Assembly (NCBI GenBank): GCA_047495785.1
Contig: JBLDXI010000013.1
Location: 3,162,001-3,226,000 of the forward strand
Direction of reading: 5' to 3'
Origin: Lepidodermella squamata
Lineage: Eukaryota; Animalia; Gastrotricha
DNA length: 64,000 bases
A model generated the notes under the pieces. The model was not told the origin of the DNA, did not search any database, and saw only the letters and a program-made list of their open reading frames with translations. This document shows, piece by piece, positions 58,482-64,000 of this stretch. The position numbers and the translations under genes are program-made. Every line of letters begins with the position of its first letter. The first letter of the stretch is position 1.

Positions 58482-60008
58482 ATGAAACTCGCCATCCTCT
58501 CAGCGTGTGTTGTAGTCTTATTAGCACTCAGTGCTGATGCCCGTAAAGCCTACAATGGCCACAAGGTTTTCCAGGTGATCCCGACAAATGAGTTCCACCT
58601 GTTCCTGTTGGCCCAGAAGATGCCGTATGAATCCCACAAGGGCGCACTGGACTTTTTCACGCGCCCAACCCGCCCGCGTCAACCAGTTGACATCCGAGTC
58701 GCCCCAGAAATGGCCACCGAATTCGAGAAATTCCTCCAAACGAACAACATGCAATACTGGGTTCGAGTGAGGGACCTTCAAGAGTGAGTGAAAAATTGGA
58801 AAATTACATAATTTTAAAATTTTTGAATTTTTTAGGCGGATCGAGGCAGTTGAGGCTATCAACAAGCACCTTCGAGCCCAGCGAACGGACGACAGCATTG
58901 TTGGAACTTTCGCCTCGCATGCTGATACCAATGCCTGGCTCCAGGCTCAATGCCAAGCCTACCCCAACATCACCACCTGTGGTACCATGGGAATGTCGTA
59001 CCAAAACCGTGACATGCAATACATCAAGCTGGGCAAAAAATCGTCGCTGCCCGTTGCTCCCCGCAAAGCATTCTACATCTGGTCCGGCATGCACGCTCGG
59101 TTTGTGAAAAAAATCGGTTTTCTTAAAAAATTTCAAAAATTTCAAAATTCGAAAAATTAATAAATCTCAAAAAAATAATACAGATAAATAAAACTTCATA
59201 ATTCGAAAAATATAAATTTTGAAATTCTTTTCAATTTTTTTAATAATTAGTGAATGGTTGGGTCCGTCGACTATCATTTGGATCATCAACCAAATGTTGA
59301 CCCAATACGGCACCGATCAGTCCATCACCAATTTGATCAATACCTACGACATTTTCTTCGAACCCATCGTCAACCCGGACGGCTATGAATACTCGCGAAG
59401 CGACGACCGCATGTGGCGCAAGACCCGCGCCCTTACCCCCGACACGAACTGCGTCGGCGTCGACGGCAACCGCAACTTCGACTACAAGTGGACCGGCGGC
59501 GGCAACCCGTGCGATGAAGACTACGGCAGCACGGCGCCGATGACGCAGAAAGAGCTGCAGAACATCGACCGCTTCATGCGTCTTCAGAACAAGACGCAAC
59601 ACGGTGTTATGTTCATCTCAGTCCACACTTATTCTTCGATTTGGCTGCTTCCCTACGGCTATGCCAAGCACGCCTACCCTGCTGACTACAACGAAGAGGT
59701 ATTTTTCGGAAATTTTCGAATATTTAAATTATCATTATAATTTTCATCAGCTCCGTGTTGCCAATATTGGAACTCAGGCCTTGGAGGCAGTTCATAACAC
59801 CCAGTGGCAGGTCGGAAATATCGTCGACCTTCTCTACGTCGCAACTGGCAGCAGCGCTGATTACATGAAGGGCCATGGCTTCGTCAAGTACTCCTATGGT
59901 ATGGAGCTCCGTGGTACTGATTTCGTTGTGCCAGAGTCGGAAATCGTGCCATCTGGTCAAGAGGTTCTCGCAGGCTTCGTCGCTGCTTTCCAAGCAGTCC
60001 AGCCTTGA
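58482..60008 (+). CDS. M14A procarboxypeptidase with Ala at specificity position 255
   Basis: TATATAA at ~58428; GMHAR|EW, DGNRNF, HTY, GSSADY, YGMELRG. Confidence 0.92.
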
Positions 60009-60905
60009 AAAGATGAAAAGATAACAGACATCATTGAACTGAAATCAACCTAATAAATAGATTAGGATGAAAAAATAAAAGAATAATTTAGCCAAAGTTA
60101 TTTCTTTATTATTTTCAAAATCTATTCGGATGAGGCTCCCAAACTCAGGGCTCCATTATTTCCTTATTCATCCTCATTTAAAGTTACCTTGAGCCTTTGG
60201 AGGGGCATCTTGCTCAAGACAGGGACTTGTCAAGCTTGGAAATGATCACCTTGGGAACCTACCAACCAGCTTTGAGGTCGATTCCCGCACATGGACCGCT
60301 CCTCACGGGAGTTGGCGCATGCACCCTTCATGGGGCGCCCAGGACTGAAACGGCTCTTGTTAGCCTTACGTTTTTAGAACTTGCAACAATTATGCAGACT
60401 GTTCGGGTTCGCTCGTGCAAACCAAGCTTTTCGGCTATTAAACGGCATTAAATTCCACCCTTGTGCATGTCGACAATTCAAGCTCTAATATGATGAGTGA
60501 ATTAAAGTTAGGGTTTATTAAGGCCGGGAAGGTGAAGCTATTATTTACCTTTTCATGTCAGAACAAACTTCTACGTTATTATCATAATATACTTTTCCAC
60601 GCATTGTTATTCTACTCATTTTATATTTTTTTCTCGGCTTCACATTTCAAGGTACTCAGCAGAGACTGATTCATTCTAAAATGACCTTAATTTCCTCTTC
60701 TTCAAACTTTTCCTCTGCCTGAGCCCTATGCCTGATTAGGACCGGGAACCGGCATGATAGCGGCGAAAAATGACCTGAAACTCTCGTTAATTAGTTTTTA
60801 TTATTCTCAGGAGATGTTATCAATCCTCAGATAAAGAATAGAGGCCTTTACAGCCCTGTTAGAGCTATTCCTTAACAGTTTCCTTGTTTTTGTAGACAAA
60901 ATAAC

Positions 60906-62595
60906 ATGAAGCTATTAATTGTAGTTGCCCTGCTGGCAGTTGCCGTCAGTGCTAAGAAGACCTACTACGGCCACAGTATCTACCGAGTGACCCCTGAAAC
61001 CCCTGAGCAGTTGCATGCCCTGCGCCAACTGGTGCCATACCGCGCCAATAAAGGCCATCTCGACTTCCACCACCAACCCGAGGCAATCGCCCGCCCGGTT
61101 GACATTCGAGTCACCCCGGCTGGTCAGGAAGAATTCGTCGCGTTCCTACGCCGACTCCGCTTCAGCTACACACTGCACATTGCCGATGTTCAGGAACACA
61201 TCGATCGCGTCGAGGCGTTGAATGCCCTGCAGAAGCCGAAGCAACTCGGCGATATTGTTGGAACATTCGCGTCTCATGCTGATATCAACGCCTGGTTGCA
61301 GCAGCAATGCCAGCAATACCCGAATATTACGAAGTGCGGCTCGTGGGGCAGCAGCTACGAAAACCGAGACATGCAGTACATCAAGATCGGCAAGGTCCCA
61401 CCAGGTCCAGTTCATCCTCGCAAGGCGATTTACATTGTCTCCGGAATGCATGCTCGGTAAATAAATTTCAAAAATTGTATAAGTTTCAAATTAGTATTCA
61501 AAAATTTCAAAAATATTAAAAAATTATTAAAAAAACCAAAAATTTTAAAAATTTATTCAAAATTCAAATTTAATTGAATTAAAAATGTTGAATTTGCTCA
61601 CTTTTTTTAAATTTGCTAAAAAATTTGAAAATTTTCAAAAATCCTAAATTTCAAGTTTATTTTTTTTAATTTTTCTTTCAGTGAATTCAGTCCAAAAATT
61701 AAAACAAATTCAGAACAATTATTCAAAAATTAAAAAAAAATTAAAAAATTTCATTCAAAATTTTTTTAAATTTGCTAAAAATTTTCAAAATTTTCAAAAA
61801 TCCTAAATTTTAAGATTGATTTTGTAATGTTTCTTTCAGTGAATGGCTTGGTCCGGCCACCATGGTTTGGATCATGAACAACTGGCTGACCAATTACGGA
61901 ACTGACAAGAATATTACCAACCTTCTGAACACCTATGACATCTACGTCGAGCCTGTTGTCAACCCAGACGGCTACGAATACTCGCGAAGCGACGACCGTT
62001 ACTGGCGCAAAACCCGCTCGCCGACCAGCGACGACAGCTGCCCGGGTGTCGATGGCAACCGCAATTTCGACTTCAAATGGACCGGCGGCGGTGATCCGTG
62101 TGATGAAGATTACTCCGGCACGGGCCCTCTGACGGAACACAACACCCAAAACATCGATGCTTTCATGAAGAAGCAGAACCAGACGCAGCATGGTCTGGCG
62201 TTCTTCTCAATTCACACCTATTCCTCAGTGTGGCTCCTGCCCTATGGTTACGCTCGCCGTGCTTACCCTCCAGACTACAACGAACTCGTAATTTTTTAGA
62301 AAAATTTTCGAATTTTCTTCCATTGAAATTGTTTCAGCTGCGTGTTGGAAACATCGGCGCTAATGCTTTGATGGCTACTCACAATACGCAGTGGCAAGTT
62401 GGAAATATTGTCGACCTGTTGTACGTCGCCGCTGGTAACAGCGCTGATTACTACAAGGGCCACAACTACGTCAAGTACTCGTACGCTATGGAGCTTCGTG
62501 GTACCGATTTCGTCGTCCCTCAATCCGATATTGTGCCGTCTGGTCAGGAAGTTGGCAATGGTCTCATGGCAGCTATCCAGGCCATGAAGGCATAA
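60906..62595 (+). CDS. M14A procarboxypeptidase with Ala255, close paralog of the 58482 gene
   Basis: GMHAR|EW, DGNRNF, HTY, GNSADY, YAMELRG. Confidence 0.92.
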
Positions 62596-62926
62596 CAATT
62601 TGTGATTGCAAAAAAATCAATCAATCGTCCGAAACTTTGACCTAATTATAATTTCATTGTGATTCAAAATAATGACCTATAAATAATATGGAAATAAATG
62701 AGTTGAAGTTTTTGACCTACTTAAGGACAAGCACGCTGATAAGGTGACCTGAGTCTTATTTCTGAAATCTCACGTGAGTCTAGACACCCAATGGGTGCCA
62801 GATGTATACTCTGTAGAGATAAGCTGGTCTAATGCCCCAGACTAATAACCCTAACGAAGTCGAGTGAACGCGACCATAATTGGAATTTGGAAATTTTTTT
62901 CCGAGTTTTCTCGTAATGCAAGAATA

Positions 62927-64000
62927 ATGAAGCGAAATACTTTCTTTACGCTAATTTTGTTCGGTTTTTTCCAATTTTCATCCACTAATGAGGCTCACGT
63001 CATAACTGTCAGCGATTCTCACTCATCCGAGCCATTATTAAAGGGTGCCGTTCGATATGATGGAGATCAAGTGTTCAGAATTTACCCGAAAAGTCAGATA
63101 GACATTGAGTTCTTGAACACCGTTGTCCGAGATCATGAACAAGACCAGTCGCTATCATTCTGGAAACAGTCATCGACTATCGGGCAGCCAATCGATATTC
63201 ACGTGAAAGTAGGCAACGTCCCTCGAAATTTTTTGGATTTTTCTTAATACAATTTTTATTCAGGCAACAGCGGTTCAGTGGTTCAAAGTTCAAGTATTGC
63301 ACGCGTACCAAATTCCTTACACAATTCGAATAACGGATCTGCAACGGCACATCGAGCAGACCAATGCGTTCAACGAACAACGGCGGCGAAAATTGGCGGC
63401 TCTTCAGGGCGGAAACAGCAGCGTTGTCGGGCATTTTGTCAGCTACGACGATATTAGCGCTTGGCTCAGCTCGATTTGCACGACCTATCCGAATCTAGCG
63501 CAATGCGGGATCAGCGGAGTTTCGTATGAAAATCGAAAAATTCGCTATATTCGAGTAATTAATGCATTAATTTTCTATTTTAAAATCTCAATTTTTCAAA
63601 AATTAGTTTATTTCTAGTTTTATCAAGATGATTTTGTATAGGATTTTTTAAATTTCAAAATTAATTGAAATTAATTTTTGAAATTTGTAGCTTGGAACCA
63701 CGCCGGCAGCTAACGTTACAAAGCAAAATATTTTGATTTTCGGCGGTATCCACGCTCGCGAATGGCTGTCTCCAGCCACCCTAGTCCACGTTATCAATCA
63801 ATTTGTTCAAAAGTACAGCTCAGATGACGTAGCTAAAAAAATGCTCGACGATTACTACTGGTACATATTGCCCGTCGTGAACCCGGACGGCTACGAATAC
63901 ACGCGGTCTACGGATAGAATGTGGCGAAAAACTCGATCAATTAACACTGGATCGATGTGCGTTGGTGTCGATGGCAATCGAAATTTCGACTTTCATTGGG
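62927..64000 (+). CDS. M14A procarboxypeptidase, 3' end outside window
   Basis: Signal peptide MKRNTFF, YDGDQVFRI propeptide, GIHAREW, NPDGYEY, DGNRNF. Confidence 0.9.

Noticed and set aside
60120-60460. GC-richer intergenic patch with an 84-aa ORF
   Set aside because: No recognisable domain, termini or RNA motif; cannot be called.

Overview
Eukaryotic (animal, probably a small invertebrate) genomic DNA with a compact architecture: GT-AG introns mostly 48-65 bp, short intergenic spacers and an internal (TTAGGG)n tract. No rRNA, tRNA or CRISPR was recognised. Left part (1-25.4 kb): four essentially intronless GABA-B-like class C GPCRs, a 4-TM protein, a CYP2-clan P450, a carboxypeptidase Q (CPQ, M28) with a GPI-like tail, a giant secreted PAN/discoidin/LamG/F-lectin mosaic gene, and an intron-containing bacterial-type M4 (vibriolysin/elastase-like) protease with a poly-Asp loop. 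Right part (26-64 kb): a 708-aa polyprotein with >30 convertase sites releasing Gly/Tyr-rich and acidic His-rich peptides, two more CPQs, six M14A carboxypeptidases, three myristoylated IRG-like GTPases with a shared G3 Asp->Asn change, a secreted Sushi-ankyrin protein, a bacterial-type 2,4-diaminopentanoate-dehydrogenase-like gene whose intron holds three stacked foldback transposons, a 5'-truncated LINE with a 17-bp target-site duplication (TSD), and two mucin-like GPI proteins. The most unusual items are: a carboxypeptidase fused in frame to a LINE ORF1p-like module, an F-lectin domain split by about 1000 aa of nested domains, the polyprotein, the secreted ankyrin protein and the non-canonical IRG triad. 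Domain calls come from motif recognition by eye, and exon structures from manual splice-site and phase checks; no database search was run.
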